Shown here: positions 50,478 through 63,772 of the stretch, in pieces | Layout: each line of letters begins with the position of its first letter | Position numbering within the stretch: the stretch's first letter is position 1 | DNA from: Octopus sinensis | Lineage: Eukaryota | Direction: 5' to 3' | DNA length: 64,000 nt | Assembly: GCF_006345805.1 (NCBI RefSeq) | Contig: NC_042997.1 | Location: 51,956,001 to 52,020,000, forward strand | Notes under the pieces: model-generated | What the model saw: only the letters and a program-made list of their open reading frames with translations | Databases searched by the model: none | Told to the model about the DNA's origin: nothing | Translations under genes and position numbers: made by a program

Positions 50478-50804
50478 CATTATATTATATCATATTATAT
50501 TATATTATATATAAGATTGTATCTGCACTACAAACAAACCTGCACTAATCAGGAGCTGATGGCAAATGACTATATAGATATTTGATATAGAAGTAAATTA
50601 GTGAAGACTGGCGTCAAGAAGGCATCTAAGTGTAAGCAAGAGTACATTTAGTTATATTTATAACCTTCATATGCATTAATGCGAATAAATAAATGCGTGG
50701 CTGCGTACAGGCCGGTGCGTGTCTATTTACATATATGTACGTGCGTACATATGTGTGTGCCTGCGTGCGTGTGTGTGTGTGTGTGATTGTGTGTGTGTGT
50801 GTGT

Positions 50805-50851
<47 letters not shown>

Positions 50852-52007
50852 CGTGTGTGTGTACGTACGTGCATGCATGCGTGCGTTCGTATATGTACGT
50901 ACGTATGGATGAATAAGTCAAGACGGTATTCTACATCTGTTGATATATTTTTCTCAACGTTTTCCTTTTCACTTCCATCTCCGCAGCAGTTGGTTCACAT
51001 TTCAGACAGATGTGTTCTAGTTTACATTTTCTTCCTATCATTTAGATTCATTTGCAATGGCTGATGAATTATTTCGTGTTGCCATTCATTACCTTATTGT
51101 TTAATGCATTTATAAACGATAGCAATCGTAACAACCAGTCATGGCTGACTTCGTTTACATTTTTGTCTTCGATGGTTACAATTTACTTAAAAGATAATTA
51201 ACCTTCTTCTTTGTTTAAATACTGCTTAGGTTATCTTGTCTCCTTGGACGCTATATTTAGCAGTCTTTTTCATCGAAGAAGCACATTTATACCTGTGACG
51301 TCATAAAACAATTTTCCAAAACACTGACGTTATATAATAAGATGAATTATCTAATGTAAAGAAAAGAACTGATGTTATGACGCTATTTCTAGATAGTACG
51401 TCATGTAGGTTGGATTTGACTTATATATCATTACACTAAAGAAAGTGAAGAACATACCAGAATTTAATAATGATACAATAGGGACATAACGTATGCTGAG
51501 ATATGAAAGAAATTAATTTATTTGTTTGTCCCAAAAGGAGGAACAGAATTATTTTAAGTGTTAGATCATGTTTTATCCAATAAGAGATCCCAAAGGCCAT
51601 TAGAAACTTATCTATGTTCAAAGGATTTCGTATCTTCATATCTATCTGGTATAGTCCTATTTGAATGCACTTTTGCAATTAGTGTCGCTCTAATCTGAAG
51701 TATCGGTCTAATCTGAAATTATATTCTGCCTGTTACTGTTATGTAGGGCATTGATTTAGGCTCTCGTTTCAGACACAATTAAAGTGTCATTAAAATTCCT
51801 TAGTGAGCAACTCTGTTTCAATCTCAATTTTGCGCTACACAGCCAAAGGTTGCAATTAGTGGAACAACTGAATTAAAATCATTGTCCAACAGAAGAATCA
51901 TTAATACAAAATTTAAATTACAGTTCCTCTTTTGCTTAAAGACACGTTTTATCTGATACAATAAAATCTTTATTAAAATACCACATTTTAATAAAGATTC
52001 TGTAACT

Positions 52008-52296
52008 CAACGGTTCCTAAATCTGTGTATCGCGATATTATTCTGGAAGGGTTGCTAGGACAAAATCTGTACCTTTGAAATATTTGTTAAAATGTAAAGT
52101 AATTATGAATATCTTACATAAACCATAAGCATAAGGATGACAGAACAATATTTAGTGCAAGCAAAATCTGAGGAGTATTTTCTCAAGAGTATGAAATGTT
52201 GATGCTTTAACTTTTGTGGGTTTATATTTTTATGAGTCGCAGAGTATTATCGATATACTGAAATGAACTGTTATAGTAAAAGTTTGGGAAGTACTG
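52008..52296. mobile_element. Old hAT/Charlie-like MITE
   Basis: Degenerate TIRs CAACGGTTCCTAAAT / AGTTTGGGAAGTACTG. TSD not recognisable. Confidence 0.4.
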
Positions 52297-52579
52297 AATT
52301 AACGAATAATATATCCTGTGGCAGTAAAATGACAAGAAAGCATCTTCTTTTACATGAAAGGTGGGAATTCACTCTGCTTTAACAATCAATAAATAAGAAA
52401 AGAAAAAACAAAGAAATATCCATCATGAACTTCTCTTTCACCTTCTAAAATTCGTTTAAAAATCCATGTCCAACAATTCTTAGTGTGGGTTTATATTTAA
52501 GAATTTCTTCAAGCAGAATTTTCCTGGATTATTTGTCATTTTATTTTACGTAAACATATATGGATTTTAACTGGCAATA

Positions 52580-53479
52580 CGAGGTGGTGTCAAAAGGTTC
52601 CCAGACCAGTTATATTTAATAAAAAGTAACCTATTTCCCTAAGTTTTAACTCTTCGAAATAATAACCCTACCCTGCAATACACCGGTACCAGCGTTCCTA
52701 GCTCTTTTGGAATCCAGCCTGGAAGTCGTTTTCCGTAAGCGAGTCGAAGACCTTCTGGGATTCGCTCTGGATCTCAACAACGTTGTTAAAACGGTGACTT
52801 TTGAGCTGAATTTTCATCTTGGGGGAAGTGATGGAAGTCCGCAGTTGCTAAATCTGGGGAATAGGGCGGGTGCGGAAGCAAAATCATGTGGATTTTGGTG
52901 AGAAACTCACAAGTGAGGAGAGCTCGGTGACAGGGTGCATTGTCGTCGTAAAGAATCCAGTTCTTCGCGCTCCACAGATCCGGTCGCTTTCGCCGAGTGT
53001 CCTCCCTCAAATGTTTCAAAACGTTGCAGTAGAACTTTCGATTGACGGTCTGGCCCTGGAGGGTGAATTCTCGACGAACAATATCACATTTCCGGAGTTG
53101 ACGCTCGCGGTAGGTCTTCCAGATTGCTCATGGTCTTCCAGGGACGTTCTTCCGTTTTTGAAGCGCCCATGCCTCTTGAATCATTGCGAACGACCCATTG
53201 TCTCGTCGCCGTAAGCTTACCGAAGCATGCTCAGTGTCTCTGTAGCAGACTTCCCAAGTTTAACGCAAAATCTCACATTGATTCTTTGTTCCTGTCCATA
53301 AATCGCATACACGTAATCACAAAAGCACAAATTTTACAACGTTTAAAGGGAACACAGCGATGTCACTCGGCACACTGCTTCATGAAGGTCACTGCTAGCT
53401 CTCACTGCGCACTTAACCGTGTGTTGCCATCTGATAACGCGCTACAGAACTTGTCCGGGAATTTCTTGATACCACCGCG
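52580..53479 (-). mobile_element. Internally deleted mariner (DD34D) element with both TIRs and TA TSD
   Basis: TA|CGAGGTGGTGTCAAAAGGTTCCCAGAC...GTCCGGGAATTTCTTGATACCACCGCG|TA. ORF contains RRKRPDLW..WILYDDNAPCH..HPPYSPDLATADF. Confidence 0.92.
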
Positions 53480-54389
53480 TACATGTCAAAATGTCAAAAG
53501 AAATGAAAAAAAGTCCTTGTAAAAAAACACTCTCTAGCTCTTTCACAGTGATTCTAATCAATTCATACAAAATGTTTCAAGCGCATTAAAATGCTGTGTC
53601 ACAAGAACAGTTGTTTTACAAGAATAAATGATACTAAAATCAATAGAGCTCAATGTATATCGTACAAAGCAAGTTTCTTTTAATGTTCCTAGGCTGAATT
53701 AAATCTCATCAGATTGAATTTAGCTCACTTGTGCCTATTGAATAGATTGTTGTTTCTTTGTTATATAATTAAAATGCAAAGTTGATTTCCAACAAGATTT
53801 GATACAGATCAAATAGAAATATGACTCCTGTTCTAGTAGCCGGTACAGCACTTTCATCGCAGGATCAACGTAAGGAATTCCTCGGTGCACGTTTAGTATA
53901 TTATAAATAATTTCTACGGAAAACAGAGTGTACTGAAAGCTTTAATAAGAACAACGATCGTTTCGGCTTACTTCTGCACTACTCCCTAGTGGGTGGGAAA
54001 CGATATAACGGAGTAGAAGGCTACACATATTAGGGAAATGTACATCTTATAAAACTGAAGCCTATTATGTAACCTAAGGAGGTTTCTTCTGCACTATGAG
54101 GTACATTCCATTCCATTATATCGTTTCCCAGCCACTAGGGAGTTGTGCAGAAGTAAGCTGAAACGATCGTTATGTATGTATGTATGTATGTATGTATGTA
54201 TGTATGTATGTATGTATGTATGTATGTATGTATGTATGTATGTATGTATGCGTGTGTGTGTATGTATGTATGTATGTATGTATGTATGTATGTATGCATG
54301 CATGTATGTATGTATGTATGTATGTATGTATGTATGTATGTATGCATGCATGTATGTATGTATATATACGTACACGCACATATACATAC

Positions 54390-54810
54390 AACGGTCTTCT
54401 TTCAGTTTTCTGCCAAATCTACTCTCAAGAGTTTGGTCGACGCGGGACTATAATAGGAGATACTCGTACAAGGTGACACGCAGTTGGATTGAATCTTAAA
54501 CTATGTGGTCGGGAAGCAAACTTTTTAACACACAGCCATGTATCAAGCGATTACTAAACAAACCTACCTATACAGGTTAGTATTTTAAAAAAAAATGTAC
54601 TGAGGTGTTTTCCCTCAGCCGTATTTCTTTTTGTTTTACTTGCTTCAGTCATTACACTACGGTCAGACTGGGGCAACTCTTTGAAAAAAATTTAGTTGAA
54701 TGAATCAACTCCAGAACTTATATTTTAAAACCTGGTACTTATTCTATCGGTCTGTTTTACCGAATAAGTTATGGGCACATAATACCGGGTATCAAGCGGT
54801 GGTGGGGTAA

Positions 54811-54866
<56 letters not shown>

Positions 54867-54990
54867 ATATATATATATGGTCGGCCCGAGGATATAATAG
54901 AAGACATTTACCCGAAGTGTCACGCAGCGGGACTGAACCCGGAACCATGCAGTGGAGAAGCAAGCTTCTTACCACTCAGCCACGCCTGCA
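54390..54990 (-). mobile_element. Two SINE family B copies (54390-54540 and 54635-54990)
   Basis: Reverse-complement matches to the family B head and tail. Confidence 0.7.
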
Positions 54991-55328
54991 CAACACAACG
55001 TTCCTTCCCATTCATCAAATATATTAATCATATTTGTCTTGCCAATTTGGTAGATTTTTACCTCACTGGGAAATACTAATACTAACGTGTTACATTCGTC
55101 GCTTTCAGCAATTGTATTAAAGAATCAGACTTAAAACAAATCTGCTCTAACTGTATTGTCCCAAAATTTCGATTTTACTGGAGTTTTCCGACCTTGTTTG
55201 TTGGTTTTTCAGACTTGAAATACACATCGGGGGAAACTTCGTCTACTAATTACTAGGAAATGCTTAAAAGATGGATGTTTATCAACTTCTTGTTACACGC
55301 GCGCACACACAACACACGTGTATGTGTA

Positions 55329-55389
<61 letters not shown>

Positions 55390-55621
55390 TGTACGTGTGT
55401 ACGTAATGTATGTATATAATGTATGTATGTATGGATGGATGTATGAATGAGCCATAACAAATAGTTACTTCATGTTTCTTTTAGCCAATTTTCGGACTGT
55501 TTAAAAGCACTCTACTCCTAATAGCATGAACCATTTGTTTTTCGCTGGTTTATATTAACGTGCATCTCTTTCTCTCTCTCCCTCACTATCCATGTGCACA
55601 CACACACACACACACACACAC

Positions 55622-55662
<41 letters not shown>

Positions 55663-56039
55663 TACATATGTTTGTATATATATGTGTGTGTGTATGTGCG
55701 TGAGAGAGAGAGAGAGAGAGAGAGATGGGGAGATAATTACATACTTTGAGTGTCTTGTCTTACGTAGAGTATGAAAAAAGAATATCTGAAAGCGAAAACA
55801 TCAGAACCAAAGCTAGAATTTTTTGGCTGCCAATATTCTTATATTGGAAAGAAACCAAGATCTTCATCTTAGACGAGTAAAAATATCAAACAAATCTCCT
55901 TGATTACTTTTTCTTTTTTTTTTCATTTATTTATTCCTATTAACTATCAAAGAAAATTTGATAGGATATATCACTTTTAGTTAATCATATAAAATCTAAC
56001 ATTTTCGAGAAATTATTGGAATTATCTCATTATTTATTC

Positions 56040-56220
56040 GTTTGAACGCCGGACAAAATATTTTGGTACGCATTTCTTCTAAGTCTATACTTCTTGCCGA
56101 TGTCAGCTTTGCTTTGTATCCCCAGGGTTGATAAAATAAAGTATAAGTCAAGTACTGGGATTGCTGTAATCAACTTAACCCCTTACCGCAAGATTGCTAA
56201 TCTTGTGCTTAAATTAAAAA
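56040..56220 (+). mobile_element. Decayed SINE family A copy
   Basis: CTTTGCTTTGTATCC..GGGTTGATAAAATAAAGTA. Confidence 0.55.
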
Positions 56221-56580
56221 CTATTCATTCCTTTGGTTTGATTTTCAGTTTTGCAAAATTTCAGTAGACGCTTATCTAGTTTAATGGTGTTGCACTCCGG
56301 TTGCACTGGCAACTAGCATATCATCAATATATGCATAGACCAAAGGCAATCTGCAGACTTCATTATCGATGAAACAGTGGAAACTTGACGAAGCATTGAG
56401 TAAACCAAAAAGCAACCCGAGGAATTTAATATACACACGCTACTTTTATATAAGGATTTGGGAGAATCATTAGCACGTCGGAAAAAATGATTTGTGGAAC
56501 GTCGAACATGGCGCCTTAGGCAAGTGTCTTCTACTATAGCCTTCAGGAAACTGAGAAAAAGCCCGTCGTATATATATGTG

Positions 56581-56624
<44 letters not shown>

Positions 56625-56628
56625 TATA

Positions 56629-56724
<96 letters not shown>

Positions 56725-56739
56725 GTATATATATATATA

Positions 56740-57534
56740 GGCGTAGGAGTGGCTGTGTGGTAAGTAGCTTGCTTACGAACCACATGGTCCCGGGCTCAGT
56801 CCCACTGCGTGGCACCTTGGGCAAGTGTCTTCTACTATAGCCTTGGGCCGACCAAAGCCTTGTGAGTGGATTTAGTTGACGGAAACTGAAAGAAGCCCGC
56901 CGTATATATGTATGTATATGTATATATGTATGTGTCTGTGTATATGTTTGTGTGTCTGTGTTTGTCCTTCCAACATCGCTTGACAACCGATGCTGGTGTG
57001 TTTTACGTCCCCGTAACTTAGCGGTTCGGCAAAAAAGACCGATAGAATAAGTACCAGGCTTACAAAGAATAAGTCCTGGGGTCGATTTGCTCGATTAAAG
57101 GCGGTGCTCCAGCATGGCCTCAGTCAAATGACTGAAACAAGTAAAAGAGTAAAAGATATATATATATAGGCGCAGGAGTGGCTGTGTGGTAAGTAGCTTG
57201 CTAACCAACCACACGGTTGCGGGTTCAGTCCCACTGCGTGGCATCTTGGGCAAGTGTCTTCTGCTATAGCCCCGGGCCGACCAATGCCTTGTGAGTGGAT
57301 TTGGTAGACGGAAACTGAAAGAAGCCTGTCGTATATATGTATATATATATATGTTTGTATGTGTGTGTTTGTGTGTCTGTCCCCCTAGCATTGATTGACA
57401 ACCGATGCTGGTGTGTTTACGTCCCCGTCACTTAGCGGTTCGGCAAAAAGAGACCGATAGAATAAGTACTAAAAGGTGGTGCTCCAGCATGGCCGCAGTC
57501 AAATGACTGAAACAAGTAAAAGAGTAAAAGAGTA
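56740..57534 (+). mobile_element. Two tandem full-length tRNA-derived CORE-type SINEs (family B; 56740-57156 and 57169-57534); partial copies at ~56510 and ~57790-57980
   Basis: A box TGGCTGTGTGG, B-box-like GGTTCAGTCCC, CORE-like CCTTGGGCAAGT, internal microsatellite and (TAAAAGAG)n tail. Each copy starts right after (TA)n. Confidence 0.9.
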
Positions 57535-57617
57535 TATATAAAGTGTGATGGTAAGATCAACAAAAAAAGCACTCCATCTGGTGAGGATATTCTTTAATCG
57601 ACACAATACATACTTTA

Positions 57618-57680
57618 TGTGCTACTAATAGTTTCATATGTATGAGGTATTTCTCAACATATGAAATTATTAGTAGCACA
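57618..57680. repeat. 63-nt near-perfect hairpin
   Basis: TGTGCTACTAATAGTTTCATATGT / ACATATGAAATTATTAGTAGCACA. Confidence 0.85.
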
Positions 57681-57719
57681 AAGCCTTAAGTCTATTAACT
57701 AATGCTTGTGTGTGTGTGT

Positions 57720-57751
<32 letters not shown>

Positions 57752-58506
57752 GTGTGTGTGTGTGCGCGCGTGTGCGCATGCATGCCTGTGCGCGTACGTG
57801 TCTCTGTGTTTTCCCCCACCACACCGCTTGACAGCCAGTGTTGGTGTGTTCACGTCCCCGTAACTTAGCAGTTCGGCAGAAGGAACCAATAGAATAAATA
57901 CCAGGCTTAAAAAAAAAAATAAGTACTGGGCCGCAGTCAAATGACTGAAACAAGTAAAAGATAAACGATAAAAGATTATAAAGATTAACTCAGCCTATCG
58001 TACTATCCTCGTACTTCATGAAAGAAATCCAGTTTATTTTTCTCACCTATATTTCTAAAGGTGTTTCTAAAGGTATCTCAAGGGCTCATCTCAACGACTT
58101 TAGTACATTCCTGTATCTGCCTCATCACAGGAAAGCTATCTGATTGTACTTTTTGTCCTTAGAAATATTTAAGCTATCCACTGGATACTAGTTTAAGAAA
58201 TTCTGGTCACTGACCGGATCGTGGTTTCGAACAAAGAAAAATTTGACAATCTACAATAATAAATGCCAAAACGAATTTCTGTGTGTCTGTGGGCGAGAGT
58301 AATAGTATGTATAGAGACGGTGAGGGCGGTAGTAGAATGACAGTTGAGATGGTAATGAGGTGATAATAATAGTATGAGCTGTAGTTGTGATTGAGGCGGA
58401 GGCGACGGTGATGGTGGTGGTGGTAGCTGAGGTGGTCAAGCATGACGGTGATAGTAAGGGATGTGAAAGATGGTGGTGATGGTGATGGAGGGGAAGGCTG
58501 CGAAGT

Positions 58507-58606
58507 NNNNNNNNNNNNNNNNNNNNNNNNNNNNNNNNNNNNNNNNNNNNNNNNNNNNNNNNNNNNNNNNNNNNNNNNNNNNNNNNNNNNNNNNNNNNNN
58601 NNNNNN
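58507..58606. other. Assembly gap (100 N)
   Basis: Run of N. Confidence 0.99.
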
Positions 58607-59296
58607 GGGCCCCTATCTCCCAGTCCCCGTCTGATGGTATCTTCAATCTAACCCGCCTCGGTGCCTGGGGGTAATTCACATACCCAGGCTCTTATTAATT
58701 TCCTCCTGCTGTACGACGGGAGGAACAGAATTTTGTTGCGCTCCAAGGGCTGGCTCGTGAAATTGTGAGCCTTCTCCGGCGTGTCAAACAGCAACCATAC
58801 AGTTGCATGTTTGACACCGCGGGATATGTATTTAACAGAGGACAAATAGTCTTTCAGTTCATTTTCTATAACTGGTTTTGGGAAGACGGTGAGGGTATCA
58901 AGAACTTTAGAATAAGTTCTAACCACCACCGTCCTCTCTTCCATATCTTTCAACCACTGCTTCGATGGGACAATCTCCAACACTACAATCTTGTCTGTAT
59001 TTCTTTTTGCCATGTCCAAAGCAATAGTTCACAAAAAAGGAAAGAGAGAATTCAAAAGAAAACAAAAGGGAAGAAGAAATAAATAAAAAGCAAACAGTTC
59101 AATAAAAGGTCACAATAGAAGAAGAAAACAATAGTTCAAAAAAAAAAAAAGAAAACACGGCAAAAAGAAAAATCTTCTGGGCATTCAGGTACTCCAATTA
59201 AAACCTGGACTGCTTCACTTGAATACAGCTTTCCAACGTAGTCGTAAAATACACACTATTTACAAACAGCGAACGACTTTCGGTGGCAGGATAGTC
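58607..59296 (-). mobile_element. Putative 5' UTR + ORF1 N-terminus of an L1/Tx1-like LINE, cut by the gap
   Basis: Non-repetitive 123-aa ORF (58648-59019) with an RRM-like pattern (RTVVVR...VWLLFDTPEKA..F..PL..FLPSY..IRAWVCELPPG) and a T-rich leader. The family assignment is inference. Confidence 0.5.
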
Positions 59297-59718
59297 ATCA
59301 AACTATATTTCTCACAATGAGAAAAAATGTTCACTTCATGTGAACACTTGACATACAGTTTTCCAATAATGGTAAATGTTGTTGTAAAAACAAACACTTT
59401 GAAGGATACACCCACCAGACAATGAGAAAAAATTTTCATTTACTATGGACCATGTTGCTGAACCACAAGTAGACCAACATCCTGAATTCAGTGAAGATTC
59501 TCTGTTTGTAAAACATATAAGCACAGACAACGACCCTCACTGGGTGCAAGAGAAATGTCTTACCTTGGCAGCAACTTCTTTTGGCAGGCTAAACACAGCC
59601 GGCTATCTTCTTCAGTGCACAACACAATGACGCATGCACACACTGACAACTGAGATTCATGGAAAGTAAGTAAGCTACTTACCACACAGCCACTCATGCG
59701 ACTATAAAACGAAAGTGA

Positions 59719-59781
59719 TGCGTCGGCCGGGAATTGAACCCGGATCGACAGCTTGGAAGGCAACCATGCTACCACCGACGC
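59719..59781 (-). pseudogene. tRNA-Gly(TCC) with ~9-nt D-arm deletion
   Basis: GCGTCGG acceptor pairs with CCGACGC-A. Anticodon loop CTTCCAA. T arm CCGGG-TTCAATT-CCCGG. Only 63 nt long. TTTT about 10 nt downstream. Confidence 0.88.
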
Positions 59782-59798
59782 CACAATATATATATATC

Positions 59799-59829
<31 letters not shown>

Positions 59830-59832
59830 TGA

Positions 59833-59885
<53 letters not shown>

Positions 59886-60352
59886 ACACACATATGCGAG
59901 TATATGCGTATATAGAAGTTTTTACTCTTATTGCTTATTTTTTACACTTTTTTACACATTTTTCTGTATTTTGCCTTGAGTCCTGTTTTTTCTTGTGCAT
60001 GTGCGTATATAGACGTGTGTATGAACCTTTTATGTGCGCGCGCGCGCGTGTGTGCAAGCGTGTATGCGGGTATGTATGTATTTTTTGGCGAATGTGTGGG
60101 TGAGCATGTGTGTGTTTCAAGTGAGGGTGGATGAGTATATACATATAGGCGCATGTACATGGGTGTGCGGGCTTGTGTGTGTATGTATGGACATGCGTGC
60201 TTACACGATTACTATGAACATTTTTACTCCCTTACCTTTACCCCCCCATTACTTAGCGGCCATTCTAATAGCTCTTTTGTCTTAATAACGGTCAATTACA
60301 CTGTAATTCCCCTTTGTTTAACGGTCATTTTCATAGCATTTTTTCGATGGCC

Positions 60353-60415
60353 TGATAACTGAAGAGATGCCAGCGTGGGTTTCCGCCCCGACATCCGAAA
60401 CTCGGAGTTTTATCA
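60353..60415 (+). ncRNA. Type I hammerhead-ribozyme-like motif with canonical core
   Basis: TGATAA-CTGAAGA-GATG...CATC-C-GAAA-CTCgGAG-TT-TTATCA. 6-bp stem I; followed by (TA)n. Confidence 0.7.
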
Positions 60416-60459
60416 TGGCTACCGAATAATTGTCACATATTATTTTTACAGATATGTAT

Positions 60460-60491
<32 letters not shown>

Positions 60492-60632
60492 ATATATATA
60501 TATATATAAAGATACATACATACATATGTTTTTTTTTATACTTAAGTATATATATGTACACGAGTAGATGTTGTATATCTTATATCGTAAGGGTTTCACA
60601 GTCCGTATGTATGTGTATGCTTATATGTGTAT

Positions 60633-60687
<55 letters not shown>

Positions 60688-62065
60688 AATAAAAATTTAT
60701 ATATAGAAAGAGACGAACAGAAACAGAAAACAACAGTCATTCGAAGCCTTTAATCATCAGTCAGAAACCGGATCATCATAGCAAATTCGGCTGATTAATT
60801 CTATATTTTGCTCCAACACAGCCAGCCCCAAGAAAACTAAGCTGTGAGCATTAGATTTCTTAGTAAAAAGGAACGAATGTAAACGCGACAGAGACGGATA
60901 TAAATACAAAAAACGAAAACAGAATTAAAAATAAGAATGGTTAACAGCAGGTGTCTTACGACTTTAGACAAAATGATATATATGTGTGTGTGTGTGTGTG
61001 AGTGTGTGTGTGTGTGTGTGTATGTGTGTGTTTGTGTGTATAAATTTCTTATAGGAACACGGTATTTCGTTATGCAACCATAATATACCATCAAGTATAT
61101 CAAAGGCTTATAAGTCATTCTGTGTCCCATTTGTGTTAGCAATGCTATTCAATCACTCTTTAAAGTGTATATCTGCATGCATTATCTCTATGTGTATAAA
61201 CACATGCTGTTACCTATATACCAAGTATTTGCTTACCATTGCACTATTCTATCAATTATCAATCTGGCTACAATCCTTTCGTAGGCAGTGTTGCAACGTT
61301 CAGAAAGATTTTGAATTCTGTCCCTTTCTGGCTGTCTTCATTTCCTTTATTCCATTTCTGAGTTCGTATAATCAGTCATACGGACAATTGTGTTAATGTA
61401 AATATTCTATCTATATTTTATGGATGTGTAGTGGATCTTGCAGGCATGAAGTGGATTCGATCCACCGCAGCAAAATTTAAATTAACACTGCAACAGAAAT
61501 TTTCCCACGGTGGAACAATGGTTTTTCTCTGACAGCAGTTTTACATTTCCAGATGCCTTTAGCTAGGCCGAAATAATGTCTTCACCACTTGACCCTTTCT
61601 AACTTCTTCTACTTCAACAAAAGCTAGAATAGAGATAACAAGACCACCAACTAAATCCATTGTTCTCAATGATTTATCTATCCTTCTGGATCTTTATATA
61701 AGCAAGCACACCCCAAGCAAAAATCAGTTAGTCAACTTGGTGACAAACTCGTGAGTTGAGAGAGAGCTAACATCAGTTAGTGAACCGACCAGTAGAATCA
61801 TAGAGGCAGGCAGACAAAACGGCCAGAGGGAAAAAGAAAGACAACGTCCCATACTCTCTGTAGTTACTATTAAACAATGAAGAGGACACAAATACAAACT
61901 TTACTTCGCATGCTTTTGGATGTACGAAAACCTGCTCGTCAAAGGCAAAGTACTTGTAACGTAACGGTAAATTGATATTTTCTTAAATCTTCAATATTAC
62001 ACCCGTTACAGATGCATGTAAATAGATATTTATATAGTGGTTCATCATACGCCGATCTGCACATG

Positions 62066-62140
<75 letters not shown>

Positions 62141-62141
<1 letters not shown>

Positions 62142-62516
62142 ATTATATAATTATTTATGGGAATGGCTTTTAACCTACAAACTTTATATTTACATATTAC
62201 ATATTTTTTTATGGTGATCTCTTCCATATGTATAAATGCTTACCAAATAAAATTGCACTTCACCTTTGAAGCTTCAGCGAAGCTATAAGGTTATTCACAA
62301 GCACTCAGTTATGAGAAACATAACATTATAGCAGAAACAACAGTAAGCTAATGAAGTTCATTACATAATTTCTTTTTCTTATGTCATTTCTCTCATTTCT
62401 TTTTACGCTCTGTATTCGACTAACGCTTTTTTTCTGAAGCATATGTATACTGAGTTCTAGCACCAGTTATTAGTATCACTATCCCTAAGCGACACTCACA
62501 CACACACACAGGCATA

Positions 62517-62557
<41 letters not shown>

Positions 62558-62559
62558 TA

Positions 62560-62618
<59 letters not shown>

Positions 62619-62767
62619 GTGTATGCGTATATAAATATATGTATGCATGATGTATATATATATCTATATAATATATAATATCTATGTATATATATATATA
62701 TTATATATATTACATACATGCATACATATATTTATATACGCATACACATTTATATATATATATATAT

Positions 62768-62814
<47 letters not shown>

Positions 62815-63074
62815 TATGCCTTAGAGAAATGACATAAGAAAAAGAAATTATGTAATGAACTTCATTAGCTTACTGTTGTTTCTGCTATATGTTATGTTTC
62901 TCATAACTGAGTGCTTGTGCATAACCTTATAGCTTCGCTGAAGCTTCAAAAATGAAGTGCAATTTTATTTGGTAAGCATTTATACATATGGGAGAGATCA
63001 GCATAAAAAAATATGTAATATGTAAATATAAAGTTTGTAGGTTAAAAGCCATTCCCATAAATAATTATATAATT
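62141..63074. repeat. ~253-bp inverted repeat (62141-62393 / 62823-63074) around (TA)n, with a nested inner palindrome
   Basis: Arms are reverse complements with few mismatches. Inner IR at ~62611-62649 / 62717-62755. Confidence 0.92.
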
Positions 63075-63305
63075 GTGTGTGTGTGTGTGTGTTGTGTGTG
63101 TGGTGTGTGTGTGTGTTATTATATATATATATATTTATATATAGTAAAAGCAATTAAGATTCAAGTGAGTTCTGTTGAACTCACATGAATGCGGTACTTA
63201 ACTTAGATGCACGTGTATTTGCTGCAATATTTGCAGCCTTAATATAGGTGGTCTTTGTACGAAACAATTGTACCGAAATATTGATCCATTTTTGTTGCTT
63301 TTTCT

Positions 63306-63352
<47 letters not shown>

Positions 63353-63363
63353 TATATATATAT

Positions 63364-63408
<45 letters not shown>

Positions 63409-63412
<4 letters not shown>

Positions 63413-63630
63413 GTGTACAGTTAAACACAAGAGAAAACTACCTTTACAGGAAATTTTTACACGCTAGAAGAAGCAGTCATAACGACCAAAGCCACATTTA
63501 AAAGCAATTTTCGGAGGAAATGAAAAATAAAAAACTTATACCTTGTTAAGAAAATAACAAATTCGTTATGACTGCTTCTTCTAGCGTGTAAATAATACCT
63601 GTTTTCTCTTGTGTTTAAATGTGTACTATT
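63409..63630. repeat. Inverted repeat with ~70-77-bp arms next to (TA)n
   Basis: TTTACACGCTAGAAGAAGCAGTCATAACGA / TCGTTATGACTGCTTCTTCTAGCGTGTAAA plus outer pairing. Confidence 0.9.
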
Positions 63631-63676
63631 TTATATTGAGAATATGTTGTCTATTGACTTTTTATACATGCTAGGC

Positions 63677-63732
63677 TACTGGTGGTGAAATTTCTAAGAA
63701 TATTCGCTACCCTATATATATATATATCTTAC

Positions 63733-63772
<40 letters not shown>

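Noticed and set aside
58207-58679. His/Thr-rich ORFs spanning or adjoining the gap
   Set aside because: Low-complexity (GGT/GAT)n sequence, with frames artificially extended through Ns.
60735-60800. Minus-strand CTGATGA in a (TA)n-adjacent element as another hammerhead
   Set aside because: The core half is present but stems and the GAAA/NUH part could not be assigned in this copy.
61040-61900. Possible second Penelope GIY-YIG remnant on the minus strand (YIGN at ~61205)
   Set aside because: A single short motif without supporting RT motifs.
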